Positions 12,967 through 22,772 of a stretch of DNA of 64,000 nt are shown in pieces. Both the position numbers and the translations under genes were made by a program. This DNA is from Candidatus Calditenuis fumarioli (GTDB lineage: Archaea > Thermoproteota > Nitrososphaeria_A > Caldarchaeales > Calditenuaceae): the NCBI GenBank assembly GCA_030059665.1, contig JANVYR010000002.1, positions 96,001 through 160,000 on the forward strand, read 5' to 3'. The notes beneath the pieces were generated by a model. That model saw only the letters and a program-made list of their open reading frames with translations, ran no database searches and was not told where the DNA came from. Positions within the stretch are counted from its first letter, which is position 1; each line of letters starts with the position of its first letter.

Positions 12967-15900
12967 TCACACCACCTCCTCCAGGACCACCTTCGGATAG
13001 ATGCCCATCGAGAGGAGCTCGTTCAGGAGTAGGTAGAACGCGTACGACAGCGTCACGAGCTTCGCAGGCGGGTTCTTGCCGTGTATCGGGCACACGAGCC
13101 TCTCCTGCTTCAGGTCGTAGTAGGCCGCAAGCCCGCACTTCTCGCAGAAGTAGACCGAGTACTTGTCGCTCTGCTCCAGCATCCGGTCCAGAAGCAGGTA
13201 GCTCGCTCCGTACGCGAGCAGACAGTCCCTCTCCATCTCCCCGAACTTCAGCCCTCCTCCCCTCGCCCTACCCTCCGTCGGCTGACGGGTGAGCATCTGG
13301 ACCTGTCCTCTCGACCTGGCGTGGATCTTGTCCCTGACGAGGTGATGGAGCCTCTGGTAGAAGGTGACGCCGATGAAGATCTCCACCTCGTAACGTCTTC
13401 CTGTGAGGCCGTCGTACATCACCTCGGTTCCCGAGCTCTTGAAGCCCAGCGCCTCCAGCTCGGCCCTGATCTCCTCCAGCGGCTTCCCGATGAAGGGCGA
13501 TCCATCGATGAACTCCGCCTTCAGGGCACCGAGCTTCCCAGCCAGGCTCTCGATCAGCTGGCCGACGGTCATCCTCGACGGGAAAGCGTGCGGGTTGATG
13601 ATCAGGTCCGGAACGATGCCGCTCGCGGTGTAGGGCATGTCCGCCTGCCGGAAGACCATGCCGATCACGCCCTTCTGGCCGTGCCTCGACGCGAACTTGT
13701 CACCTATTTCGGGGAAGCACATCGCTCTGACCCTCGGCTTGACGAGCGTGTTCCCCTCCGTGGTGCGCGAGATGAAGACCTCGTCGAGCGTCCCAACCTC
13801 GGACGGCCTCACCGCCTCGGAGGCGTCGCGCCAGATCATCTCCCTCGCCGAGGCCCTGACGTACTCCTCCAAGAACCTGGGAGGGCTGACGACCCCGACC
13901 ATCACCATGCCCCCGGTCAGCTCCGACTCAGGAAGCGCTATCCCGTCCCTGTCGAGGGCCCTGTAGTACGCCTCGCCCCTGTAACCGCGGACGCTCGGGT
14001 CCGGTATCGTGATCCTGTCCTTCTCTCCTCCCAAGTACTGCCTCGCCTCGACCTCATAGGTCCTGTAGCTGATCGTGAGCGCCAGACCCCGCTCTATCGC
14101 GGATTTGTTCAGCACCACCGCGTCCTCGATGTTGTAACCGTAACCCGTCAGGATGGCCACGACGAAGTTCTGGCCGATGGGCCTCTCGTCGAGCCCGAGC
14201 AGCTCCATCGTCTTGGTCCTGACGAGCGCCTTCTGCGGGTAGATCATCAGGTGTAACCTGCTGTCGGTCCTGAGCTCGTACGTGACCAGTGGCAGCCCCA
14301 GCGCCTGCTTCGCCATCGAGGCCTCGTACACGTTCCTCGGAGACTGGTTGTGGTTGCTGTAGGGTATGATCCCCGCAACCGCTCCCAGCATGAGCAGCGG
14401 GCTTATCTCGGCGTGCGTGTGCTCCTCCGTCAGCTCGTTGGGGTTGATCGCGACGAGAGCGTTCTCCTCCTCCGCCGCGTCGAGGAACTCGATCACCCCT
14501 ACCGATAGCAGATCCCTGGCCTTCAGGGTCCCCTGTGCGATCGACTCGACCATCTGGCGCTTGAGCAGCAGCTGTCCCCTCTCCACCACCAGCAGAGGCC
14601 TCCTCACCCTGCCCTCGTCCGTGTAGATCTCCACCTCCTGGAAGCCCTCGTACTCCCGAACGACGAAGTTGACGGACTGGCTTATCTCGCCGGCCCTCCT
14701 CATCCGCCGGAGCTCCTCCACCAGGCGCCTGCCATCGGGGTGGTATCCGATCAGTTCGCTGTTGATGTAGACCTTCGCCCTCAGGTCCTTCCTCTTCGTC
14801 CTCCGCTCGAGGACGCTCATCAGGCTCACGAGCCCCAGCTTCAGCAGCTTCCCCCTCAGCTCGCTCTCCTCTTCCTCCGTCAGCGGCACCGTTATCTCAG
14901 CGCCAAGGGCCAGGTTCTTCACGAGCCCGGCGTTCGCTCCCTCAGGGGTCTCCGCAGGGCATATCCTCCCCCAGTGGGTGCCGTGGAGGTCCCTCGCCTC
15001 GAAGTGGGGCTGGCTCCTGCTCAGCGGGCTCTGGACCCTCCTCAGGTGACCGATGGTCGCGAGGTAGTTGGTCCTGTTCAGGATCTGCGTTACTCCCACC
15101 CTCCCTCCCGGCCAGTTGCCGGTCGAGAAGGCCGTGAGGACCGTGTCGTTCACGATCCCAGGTCTGATGAAGGTGGAGAGCGTGATCGGTTGCCTCGTGA
15201 TCAGCACCCTCTCCAGCTGGTACCTGAGGTCCCTGACCAGCTTGTTCAGCGCGGCCCGATAGAGCTCCGTCAGCAGCGGGGACTCCATCTTGATCCTCTT
15301 GTTCGCGTAGTGGTCCTTGTCGTCCGGCTTCCTGAGACCAGCAGCGGCCTCCAGCATCCTCCCCACCATCTCGCACAGCAGTATGCCCTTCCTGAACCGG
15401 GCGTCCTTCGTGGTCCCCACGTGCACAAGGAAGTTGTTGTCGATCATCTGCTCCGCCCGCTCGGTCCTGAACTCCTCCGCGTATCCGTAGGCGATCCTGT
15501 TGCCGATGTACCTCATGGCCTCCTGGGGCGTCTCGATGCCCTCCGCCTCCATGAAGCTCGGTATCAGCATCTCCTGCACCTCCGGCACGCTCGAGACGAA
15601 CTCCACGATCTGCTTGTCGTTCGTGAAGCCCAGCGCCCTCAGCATGATTATCAGCGGTATGCCCTTGTGTATCTTCGCGAAGAAGACCCTGACAGGCCCT
15701 CCTGGCTTGTAGGTCACCTCCACCTTGCTCTGCTTCCCGTAGGCTATCGAGATGAGGGTGGCCGAGTACTGCGGCGTGCTGTCCTGCTCCTTGACCGTCA
15801 CCAGTATCTTGTTGGGCGCCAGGTCCTCGATCGGTACGATCACCCGCTCCGCGCCGTTGATGATGAAGTAGCCTCCGGGGTCCCTGGGGTCCTCACCGAT

Positions 15901-16347
15901 CGCGAGGAGCTCCTCGTCGGTCATCTTGCTCAGCGGGCATATCGAGGACTTCACCATGATCGGTATGATGCCTAGCTGGACGCGCTCCCCCTTGACGATC
16001 TCCCTGTCGTCGAGCTTCAGCGTAACCTTCGCGTAGATCGGTGCCACGTAGCTGAGGTTCCGGAGCCTGCACTCGTTGGGCGTCACGTTGTGCCTCTCAG
16101 AACCGTCGACCTCCCTCACCGTCGGCGGCCCTATCTCGACGCCGGAGAAGATCAGCTGCGCCACGCCGTGCTTCGTCTTGATCTCTATCGGGCTCATGCT
16201 CCTCAGCAGCTTCATCAGCCCCTCCCGGACGAAGTACTCGTAGGACCTGAAGTGGTGCGCCACAAGCCCCTCCTCCTCGACCACGGCCCTCGCGACGGTC
16301 CAGAGCTGCTCGTCCGTGAAGACCTCCTGCTGAGCTTTCGCCTTCAT
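12967..16347 (-). CDS. rpoB: RNA polymerase subunit B (unsplit)
   Basis: GGYFIINGAER, GDKFASRHGQKG, GGLKFGEMERDC, C-terminal Zn finger. Confidence 0.98.
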   Translation of the reverse strand: MKAKAQQEVFTDEQLWTVARAVVEEEGLVAHHFRSYEYFVREGLMKLLRSMSPIEIKTKHGVAQLIFSGVEIGPPTVREVDGSERHNVTPNECRLRNLSYVAPIYAKVTLKLDDREIVKGERVQLGIIPIMVKSSICPLSKMTDEELLAIGEDPRDPGGYFIINGAERVIVPIEDLAPNKILVTVKEQDSTPQYSATLISIAYGKQSKVEVTYKPGGPVRVFFAKIHKGIPLIIMLRALGFTNDKQIVEFVSSVPEVQEMLIPSFMEAEGIETPQEAMRYIGNRIAYGYAEEFRTERAEQMIDNNFLVHVGTTKDARFRKGILLCEMVGRMLEAAAGLRKPDDKDHYANKRIKMESPLLTELYRAALNKLVRDLRYQLERVLITRQPITLSTFIRPGIVNDTVLTAFSTGNWPGGRVGVTQILNRTNYLATIGHLRRVQSPLSRSQPHFEARDLHGTHWGRICPAETPEGANAGLVKNLALGAEITVPLTEEEESELRGKLLKLGLVSLMSVLERRTKRKDLRAKVYINSELIGYHPDGRRLVEELRRMRRAGEISQSVNFVVREYEGFQEVEIYTDEGRVRRPLLVVERGQLLLKRQMVESIAQGTLKARDLLSVGVIEFLDAAEEENALVAINPNELTEEHTHAEISPLLMLGAVAGIIPYSNHNQSPRNVYEASMAKQALGLPLVTYELRTDSRLHLMIYPQKALVRTKTMELLGLDERPIGQNFVVAILTGYGYNIEDAVVLNKSAIERGLALTISYRTYEVEARQYLGGEKDRITIPDPSVRGYRGEAYYRALDRDGIALPESELTGGMVMVGVVSPPRFLEEYVRASAREMIWRDASEAVRPSEVGTLDEVFISRTTEGNTLVKPRVRAMCFPEIGDKFASRHGQKGVIGMVFRQADMPYTASGIVPDLIINPHAFPSRMTVGQLIESLAGKLGALKAEFIDGSPFIGKPLEEIRAELEALGFKSSGTEVMYDGLTGRRYEVEIFIGVTFYQRLHHLVRDKIHARSRGQVQMLTRQPTEGRARGGGLKFGEMERDCLLAYGASYLLLDRMLEQSDKYSVYFCEKCGLAAYYDLKQERLVCPIHGKNPPAKLVTLSYAFYLLLNELLSMGIYPKVVLEEVV

Positions 16348-16676
16348 GCCTCGTCCACCACCCGGTAGTACACCGTGACGCCAGCGGTCGGTGAGGTCCT
16401 CGTGATCTTGATCACGTCTCCCGGCCTGGCTCCGAGCTTACGCACCACCGGATCCGACGTGAGTATCTTCGGTAGCTGCGTCCTGGTCGTTTTGTAACGC
16501 CTTAGGACCTCTTCCTGCTCCTGCTCCGAGAGCAGCTCGTGCACCAGCCTCCAACCGAAGACCTCCAGCTCCACCACCCGCGGCCTCTCCTGTGCGGCCT
16601 CCTTGGGCCTCTCCGCCTCCGGAGAGGGCTTCTCCTTCTTGGCCTTCGACCTGGATGAGACCCGAGCCGAGGACAT
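16344..16676 (-). CDS. rpoH: RNA polymerase subunit H (Rpo5) with a charged N-terminal extension
   Basis: LPKILTSDPVV...GDVIKITRTSPTAGVTVYYRVV; ATG at 16676 chosen as start. Confidence 0.95.
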   Translation of the reverse strand: MSSARVSSRSKAKKEKPSPEAERPKEAAQERPRVVELEVFGWRLVHELLSEQEQEEVLRRYKTTRTQLPKILTSDPVVRKLGARPGDVIKITRTSPTAGVTVYYRVVDEA

Positions 16677-16800
16677 AATATCCCCCAGATGCACTTGGGA
16701 GAAGTGATCTCAGCCCTTTTATCAAGTTATGTTGTGCCCCCGCAAGGTTCCGTAAAACCTTATCACAAGATCGAGACGACGGGGACAGAGGTCGGGGGCT

Positions 16801-17298
16801 TTGGAGGTCGTAAGGGCGAACGACGCGCTGTACCGGCTCAGGCCGGTCACGGAGGACGAGATCCTCGAGGTGATGAACGTCAACCGGCTCACGCTCCCGG
16901 AGAACTACACCTACTCCTTCTTCTACAGCATCGCCAAGAGCTTCCCCAGCAGCTTCATCGTGGCCGAGCACGAGGGGAGGATCGTCGGGTACGTCATGTG
17001 CCGCGTCGAGCGGGGCTTCTCGAAGCTGGGAGGCCTCCGGTTCAGGAAGCTGGGGCACGTCATCTCAATCGCCGTGTTGCCGGAGCACAGGAGGAGGGGT
17101 CTGGGGAGGGCGCTGATGCTCGAGGCGATGAGGGCGCTGAAGGGCGAGTACGGATGCGACGAGATCTACCTGGAGGTGCGGGTCTCGAACTACCCTGCGA
17201 TCAACCTGTACAAGTCGCTCGGCCTGAAGGTCGTCGACGTCATCAAGCACTACTACCTCGACGGCGAGGACGCCTACGTCATGGCGGCCGAGCTCTGA
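16801..17298 (+). CDS. N-terminal acetyltransferase (Ard1/RimI-like GNAT)
   Basis: LPENY, GHVISIAVLPEHRRRGLG, LEVRVSN, YYLDGEDAYVM. Confidence 0.93.
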   Translation: MEVVRANDALYRLRPVTEDEILEVMNVNRLTLPENYTYSFFYSIAKSFPSSFIVAEHEGRIVGYVMCRVERGFSKLGGLRFRKLGHVISIAVLPEHRRRGLGRALMLEAMRALKGEYGCDEIYLEVRVSNYPAINLYKSLGLKVVDVIKHYYLDGEDAYVMAAEL

Positions 17299-17305
17299 AG
17301 GCGCG

Positions 17306-17396
17306 GTATCCCGGTCAGGACAGCGTCAACCAGGAGGAAGGACGGCGTGGTCAAGGAAATCAAGGTGCTCGTATCCCGGTCAGGACGGCGTCAACC
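17306..17396. repeat. 26-nt direct repeat pair (1 mismatch) around a 39-nt spacer
   Basis: GTATCCCGGTCAGGACAGCGTCAACC at 17306-17331 and GTATCCCGGTCAGGACGGCGTCAACC at 17371-17396. Confidence 0.9.
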
Positions 17397-18302
17397 GCTG
17401 AGGTGGACCCGCAGATCGGAGAAGCACTGGGTGCAGACGAACCGGTCCGAGGAGATCCGCTTGGCCGTCCTCAGGGGTGCTGAGCAGACGGGGCACCTAA
17501 GGCCGTACCGGGCCTTTTGGAACGGTTGGCCGCAGAAGGTGCAGGCGTCGCTCGCCAACGGCGACTCCCTACCGCAGTTGCCGCACACCACGGACGTCCC
17601 CCTGCTCACGACCTCGACCTTGACCCTCGCCGGAGAGGTCTGAGCGGTCTCCTCGTGATGCCGGAGGTATGGAGGAGCGGGCGCGGTTGAAACCCGTGGA
17701 CCGGGGCCTGCCGGAGGCCTAAGTGCTGGAGGCCGAGGCGGCGTCTGCGAGACACGCGTTCCGCGCACATAGGGCAGCTCTGGGCTGAAGCGGAGGAACG
17801 ATGCGCCTGCGAGGGCTGCCGAGAGCATGAGCAGCGCTCCCATCGCGATGAAGGCGCCCGACGGGCCCTCGGGCAACTGAAACCTGCCCGCAAGGGCCAG
17901 CACGATCGAGTCGAAGTAGAGCACCGCCGGGACGCTGACCGGTGCTGCGTAGAACGTCGCCCTGCGCGAGATCCTCCCAAGCCTGACGTACCACGCGGCC
18001 TCCACGAGGGAGTAGATCGTCCAGGGGATCGCGGCCGCCAGGATCATCTGACCTCCGAGGTCGCTCGACTGCAGAACGAGGGCTCCCGCGACGAGGAGGT
18101 ACGTCAGCCCACCCAGCACCCCGACCGCGAGGTAGGTCACGCCCGCACCCTTGACGCTCCGCGCCAGCTCCCTCCATCCCAGGGCCCTGAGGACCACAGA
18201 GACCGGATAGGTGATCAGCGCAAGGTAGATCGTCGCGCCCCCGGTCAGGAACACGGAGGAGTTGGCCACGCAGAGGAAGTACCCGACCGCGAGCTTCCTC
18301 AA
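17391..18302 (-). CDS. Membrane protein with C-terminal double zinc ribbon
   Basis: About six hydrophobic helices, Pro-rich linker, four CxxC pairs (CGNC, CTFC, CPVC, CTQC). Confidence 0.75.
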   Translation of the reverse strand: MRKLAVGYFLCVANSSVFLTGGATIYLALITYPVSVVLRALGWRELARSVKGAGVTYLAVGVLGGLTYLLVAGALVLQSSDLGGQMILAAAIPWTIYSLVEAAWYVRLGRISRRATFYAAPVSVPAVLYFDSIVLALAGRFQLPEGPSGAFIAMGALLMLSAALAGASFLRFSPELPYVRGTRVSQTPPRPPALRPPAGPGPRVSTAPAPPYLRHHEETAQTSPARVKVEVVSRGTSVVCGNCGRESPLASDACTFCGQPFQKARYGLRCPVCSAPLRTAKRISSDRFVCTQCFSDLRVHLSG

Positions 18303-19069
18303 GCCGTCCGGTAAGTTCCCTTCTCCAATAGTTCTCCCTTTTGCCTCAGAAGCACGTCCACCTCCTCCATGTCCTTGTGGGTGTCGATGGACTTCCAGAA
18401 GCAGTCGCCGAACGGAACCGCCACCAGCTGGCCCCTCGCGGCGAGCCTCGGAAAGACCTCCCTCTCCAGATCCCCTTTCTCCGGGACCTCCTCCAGCATC
18501 TCCGACCGGAACGCGTAGACGCCGGCGTTGATCCAGTGATCGCCGAGGACCGGCTTCTCCCTGAAGCCCCTGACGAGCCCGGTGCCCCGGTCGAACTCGA
18601 CGATGCCGTAGGGCGATGGCAGCGGCACCACCGCCATGGCCGCGAGAGCACCGTCGGTCGCCTCCAGCACCCGCAACGGGTTCAGATCGGTCAGGACGTC
18701 GCCGTTCAGCACGAGGAAGCTCCTCTCCCCGCTGAGCAGGTGCTCCGCGTTCTTCAGTGCCCCAGCGGTTCCGAGGGGTTCCGACTCGAAGACGTAGCCT
18801 ATCCGGACGCCGAGGTGGTTACCGCTGCCGAGCTCCTCCACCAGCCTCTCCTTCAGGTAGCCCGCGCAGACGATGAAGCTACGGAGGCCGTAAGACGCGA
18901 GCCACCGGATCTGCCACTCGATGATGGGCCTGTCCGCCACCCTGAGCAGCGGCTTCGGGACCGTGTCCGTAAACGGCCTCAGCCTCTTCCCGTAACCTCC
19001 GGCCAGTATCACCGCCTTCGGAGACCTCGCAGGGTCCACGCACTTACCCATTCCCAGCGTATAGATCAT
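18299..19069 (-). CDS. Sugar-phosphate nucleotidyltransferase (NTP_transferase family)
   Basis: ILAGGYGKRLRPFTDTVPKPLL, EPLGTAGAL, LNGDVL. Confidence 0.92.
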   Translation of the reverse strand: MIYTLGMGKCVDPARSPKAVILAGGYGKRLRPFTDTVPKPLLRVADRPIIEWQIRWLASYGLRSFIVCAGYLKERLVEELGSGNHLGVRIGYVFESEPLGTAGALKNAEHLLSGERSFLVLNGDVLTDLNPLRVLEATDGALAAMAVVPLPSPYGIVEFDRGTGLVRGFREKPVLGDHWINAGVYAFRSEMLEEVPEKGDLEREVFPRLAARGQLVAVPFGDCFWKSIDTHKDMEEVDVLLRQKGELLEKGTYRTA

Positions 19070-19128
19070 CGTTTCCGCTGCTGGGGTTCGAGTGTGCGCA
19101 ACGTATTTCGCACGGGGATGCGAGGCCG

Positions 19129-19794
19129 TTGGGGATGATGAGGTTCCGCCACGCCCTGCTGCTGACTCTCCTGCTGGCGCTGCTCATGACCGCCTTCACC
19201 TCGCTCGGTCCCTCTTCCTCCCGGGGCCCGGAGGGCCTCGGCCTGTCGAGCAGGGTCAGGGTCGAGGTCCTGATGGTGGGCCTGGACGGAAGGGAGGTTC
19301 CCGTTGAGGGCGCTCTGGTGGTGATCGGCGACCGAAGGGCCCTAACCTCCTCCGACGGTACGGCCACCGTTGCCGTGACGCAGGGCCGCTACAGCAGCTA
19401 CTTCAAGCATCCCGATCCGAGGCTCGCGGTGGTTCTGATGGACCTGGTGGTGGAGCGGGACACGACGGTGCGGGTCGTCTTCGAGCTGAGACGTCTCGGG
19501 CTCGAGAGCGCGTCCTTCGTCTGGGGAGGCAACGGCTCCTCGGTGACGCTGGAGGTCGACGTCCCGGAGGCCGACTTCGCCTTCGCCTCGACACCGGTCC
19601 TCTTCGGGTTCTCCTCCGACGGCGAGTTCCTCAGGCTCTCCTCAACGCCCGACGACTTCGGTTATTTCTCGCTCTCGCTGAGACCCGGTAGCAGGAACTC
19701 GATCAGCTACCCGGTCAACGGCAACCGAGAACTTGCGGTGCTCCTCCCATCTTCTTACGTCCCGGTCCAGCTCGTCCGGATCACCGTCTCCTGA
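19129..19794 (+). CDS. Hypothetical secreted beta-rich protein
   Basis: Signal-peptide-like N-terminus; PVEGALVVIG...TSSDGTATV resembles a carboxypeptidase-regulatory-like beta sandwich. Confidence 0.6.
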   Translation: MGMMRFRHALLLTLLLALLMTAFTSLGPSSSRGPEGLGLSSRVRVEVLMVGLDGREVPVEGALVVIGDRRALTSSDGTATVAVTQGRYSSYFKHPDPRLAVVLMDLVVERDTTVRVVFELRRLGLESASFVWGGNGSSVTLEVDVPEADFAFASTPVLFGFSSDGEFLRLSSTPDDFGYFSLSLRPGSRNSISYPVNGNRELAVLLPSSYVPVQLVRITVS

Positions 19795-20476
19795 AGGTCT
19801 CCAGCGCGGCCTCGCAGACCGACGTCAGGAAGCTCTGCGGGTCCCTGGCCTTGACGTACGCCGACGATATCAGCACCCCCACCGTTCCCAGCTCGATCGC
19901 CCTGGCCACGTCATCTGGTCCCGAGATCCCCGCGCCGCAGACCACCGGGACGTTCAGCCCCAATGACCTGATCCGCGCGATCGAATCGGTGACGACCTCC
20001 GGTTTGGCTTTGGAGACGGAGATCCCCGTTCCGATCAGCTCGGGAGGCTCTATCGCGACGAAGTCTGGCTCCAACGCAGCGACCGCCCTCGCGACCCTCG
20101 GTGTGTCCGCGCAGACCACCGAGACTAGTCCCTCCTCCCTCAGGGCCTCGACGGCCCCCGCGATCTCCGATGCGCCCAACCTCCTCTCCGAGTGGTTGAC
20201 GAGGCTACCAGCAGCCCCGGCCTCCTTCAGCGCCAGCGCCGTCACGTGCCCCGTCCAGCTGCCCTCCCTCTGGGGATCCACGTGCTGGGCGAGCACTGGT
20301 ATCTCGTGCCTGCTGGAGATCCTGTAGACGTCCGTCGGCTGAACTGCGACCGCAACGGTCACCCCCGTCTCCCTCGAGACGGTCTCGGCGACGTAAGCGA
20401 GCCTCTCCGCTCCCGGCCCTATCGCCTCACGGTACGCCTTGAAGTTCAGGATCACCACGGGCAACGTCCAGTTCAT
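19781..20476 (-). CDS. tpiA: Triosephosphate isomerase (archaeal short type)
   Basis: ILNFKAY, NHSE, AIEPPELIGTG, CGAGI. Confidence 0.96.
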   Translation of the reverse strand: MNWTLPVVILNFKAYREAIGPGAERLAYVAETVSRETGVTVAVAVQPTDVYRISSRHEIPVLAQHVDPQREGSWTGHVTALALKEAGAAGSLVNHSERRLGASEIAGAVEALREEGLVSVVCADTPRVARAVAALEPDFVAIEPPELIGTGISVSKAKPEVVTDSIARIRSLGLNVPVVCGAGISGPDDVARAIELGTVGVLISSAYVKARDPQSFLTSVCEAALETFRRR

Positions 20477-20629
20477 TTCGCCCCCACTCCCGAGCGGCTT
20501 CACTTAAGCCAGAGCGCTCGCATTCCGTCGCGGCCTTTCGGCGAACGTGAGTGTCTTAACCTGGGCTCGGCGCAGCGGCAACCGGATCGGCTGAATCCCC
20601 ATATCCGACGGTCTCCGAAGGCGGCTGGC

Positions 20630-21955
20630 TTGGGCGTCAGCTTCGACGCGATCGTCGAGCGGATCCGGCAGAGACACGGAGAGGACGCGGTCAGGAGGGT
20701 GCTGGAGGGCGTTGAGGAGGCCATCAAAAGGGACCCGAGGCTGACCCGGTTCGGCGCGCTGCTGCTGGTGGCCAACGAGCTCGGATACCTCCGCTCTGAG
20801 GTCGGTCTCCGTTCCTCTCTCCGCATCGGCGAGCTCGTCGGTGGTCTCCGGTCGGTCTCGGTCGTGGGGAGGGTGCTGGGCGTGAAGGGGCCTCTCGAGC
20901 GCGGAACCCGCAGGATGGCTGTCCTCAGGATCTCCGACGGAACCGGCAGCATCGACGTGGTGGCTTGGGGCTCCGCGGCCGATCTGGTCTCAAGCTCCGG
21001 ACTGAGGGCTGGGCAGGCGGTCCGCGTCGTCGGCGCGAGGACGAGGGAGGCCCACGACGGAGGTCTGGAGCTACACCTCGACGAGGGCTCCCGGATCGAG
21101 GCCGCTGAGCACCACGAGGTCCCGGAGCTGGAGGAGCTGGTCGTGAGGAGGTTTCCCGCAGGCGCTGGCAAGGCGCTGGACCTGATGGCCACCGTGGTCG
21201 GCCTCTCCGGCGAGCGGACCTATGCGGCCTCCGGAAAGGAGCTCGGGGTTAGGGACGCCCTTCTCTCCGTCGGCGGCGAGCTGGTGTACCTCTCGGTCTG
21301 GTCGAGCCACGTCGAGGGCACCGACGCTCTGGAGGAGTGGACGGACTTCCTCCTCACCTCCCTGAGGCACCGGGACGGAGAGCTCAGCACCACGCCCAGG
21401 ACCTGCGTCACCAGGCTGTCACCCTCGGGACCTGAGGAGGCCCTGGGGCCGCTGAGGGTGGTCACCCACAGGCCGGACTTCGGGCACCTGCTCACCAACG
21501 GCAAGTCCTACCTCCTCGCGAGGGGCAGCGTTCCGGGACCTGGGGCCGTCATCTCGGTGAGGTCGTGCAGGTTCGTCAGGGAGGGGAGGCACTGGTGGCT
21601 GGAGATCGGCGATTACCGGGAGGTTCACGGCGCAGAGGTTCCGGAGCCCGAGGCCGTTCCTCTGTCCGACCTCAGGAAGGGGATGAGGGGGATCGCCGTC
21701 TCGGGTAAGATCCTGAACAAGTCGCAGCTCTCCGAGGTCAGGACCTCCTCCGGCAAGGTGGCGACGCTGGCCTTCTGGCTCTCCTCCGGCGAACGCTCGG
21801 TCTACTGCAGGGCCTGGCGCGAGGCGGCCGAGCTGATCAGCTCCGTCCCGGAGGGCGCGTGGGTCAGGCTCAGGTACGTCAGGGTCGAGACCGACAGGTA
21901 CGGTGAGATGCAGGTGACGGTCGATCCCGAGTCGGACGTCGTCACGGAGAGCTGA
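20630..21955 (+). CDS. Multi-OB-fold ssDNA-binding protein (RPA-like)
   Basis: Repeated OB motifs ISDGTGSIDVVAWG and KGMRGIAVSGKIL...YCRAW; TTG start at 20630 inferred within the 587-aa ORF. Confidence 0.8.
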   Translation: MGVSFDAIVERIRQRHGEDAVRRVLEGVEEAIKRDPRLTRFGALLLVANELGYLRSEVGLRSSLRIGELVGGLRSVSVVGRVLGVKGPLERGTRRMAVLRISDGTGSIDVVAWGSAADLVSSSGLRAGQAVRVVGARTREAHDGGLELHLDEGSRIEAAEHHEVPELEELVVRRFPAGAGKALDLMATVVGLSGERTYAASGKELGVRDALLSVGGELVYLSVWSSHVEGTDALEEWTDFLLTSLRHRDGELSTTPRTCVTRLSPSGPEEALGPLRVVTHRPDFGHLLTNGKSYLLARGSVPGPGAVISVRSCRFVREGRHWWLEIGDYREVHGAEVPEPEAVPLSDLRKGMRGIAVSGKILNKSQLSEVRTSSGKVATLAFWLSSGERSVYCRAWREAAELISSVPEGAWVRLRYVRVETDRYGEMQVTVDPESDVVTES

Positions 21956-22772
21956 CGTCGAACTCGTCCGGGAACCGCTCCTCCTGCTCGAACCGCTCCT
22001 CCTGTCCGCTCACCGGCTGTCCCGACTCGAGGCTCGTCAGGGGTGGCCCTATCACCACGCCCCTCTTGTGCATGATCTCGAAGGTGTAGACCGTCATGTC
22101 CGCCGGGGACCAGCGCATCTTCCTCACCATCAGGGTCCTGACCAGCCTGCCCCCCACGTTCCTCAGCCCCACCACGATCACGCCCGACGAGAGGAACTCC
22201 TCGTACCCGAACCTGCTGAGCCTGTTGGACCCGGACGGTATGTCGCACGTCAGGACCGTCGTCGCCCCGATCTTCTCCTCGAGGAAGAGGATGATCTCCC
22301 TGATGTACTCCCTCACCGCGAACTCCTCCAGGGCTCCGAAGGCCATGGCCGATATCGGGTCCAGGACGATCCGGGACACTTGGCCGCCGTTGGTCATCTT
22401 GATGATGGTGTCGATGTAGGCCTTGCTGCTCTTGCCGTACTTCCTCAGGTCCTCGGAGAATATCCTGATCTCGAACGGGTACAGGAGGCCCATCCGGTAG
22501 TAGGACCACAGGTCCCAGCCGAGCGTCATGGCTCCGTCGAGCACTCCCTGTACCCTCTCGTCCAGCGAGACGTAGGCGACCCGCTCGCCGTTCCGTAGGC
22601 CCTCGAGGAGGAACTGGAGGCTCAGGATCGTCTTGCCGACTCCGGTCTCGCCCGTGATCAGGTAGGTCTTCCCCCTGATGAACCCGCCTCCGAGGATTCT
22701 GTCGAGCTTCGGGACGCCAGTCGATACCCGCTCCAGCACCAACCCTATCCACCGCTCAGTCGTTCCCCACAT
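21942..22772 (-). CDS. Single-domain KaiC/RAD55-family ATPase
   Basis: STGVPKLDRILGGG, GETGVGKT, LDPIS, RTLMVRKMR. Confidence 0.9.
   Translation of the reverse strand: MWGTTERWIGLVLERVSTGVPKLDRILGGGFIRGKTYLITGETGVGKTILSLQFLLEGLRNGERVAYVSLDERVQGVLDGAMTLGWDLWSYYRMGLLYPFEIRIFSEDLRKYGKSSKAYIDTIIKMTNGGQVSRIVLDPISAMAFGALEEFAVREYIREIILFLEEKIGATTVLTCDIPSGSNRLSRFGYEEFLSSGVIVVGLRNVGGRLVRTLMVRKMRWSPADMTVYTFEIMHKRGVVIGPPLTSLESGQPVSGQEERFEQEERFPDEFDVSSP

Noticed and set aside
17306-17396. Calling the repeat pair a CRISPR array
   Set aside because: Only two copies, no leader, no adjacent cas genes and no typical repeat terminus; kept as a plain repeat.
21942-22772. Circadian clock KaiC
   Set aside because: Single domain only, with no kaiA or kaiB nearby.
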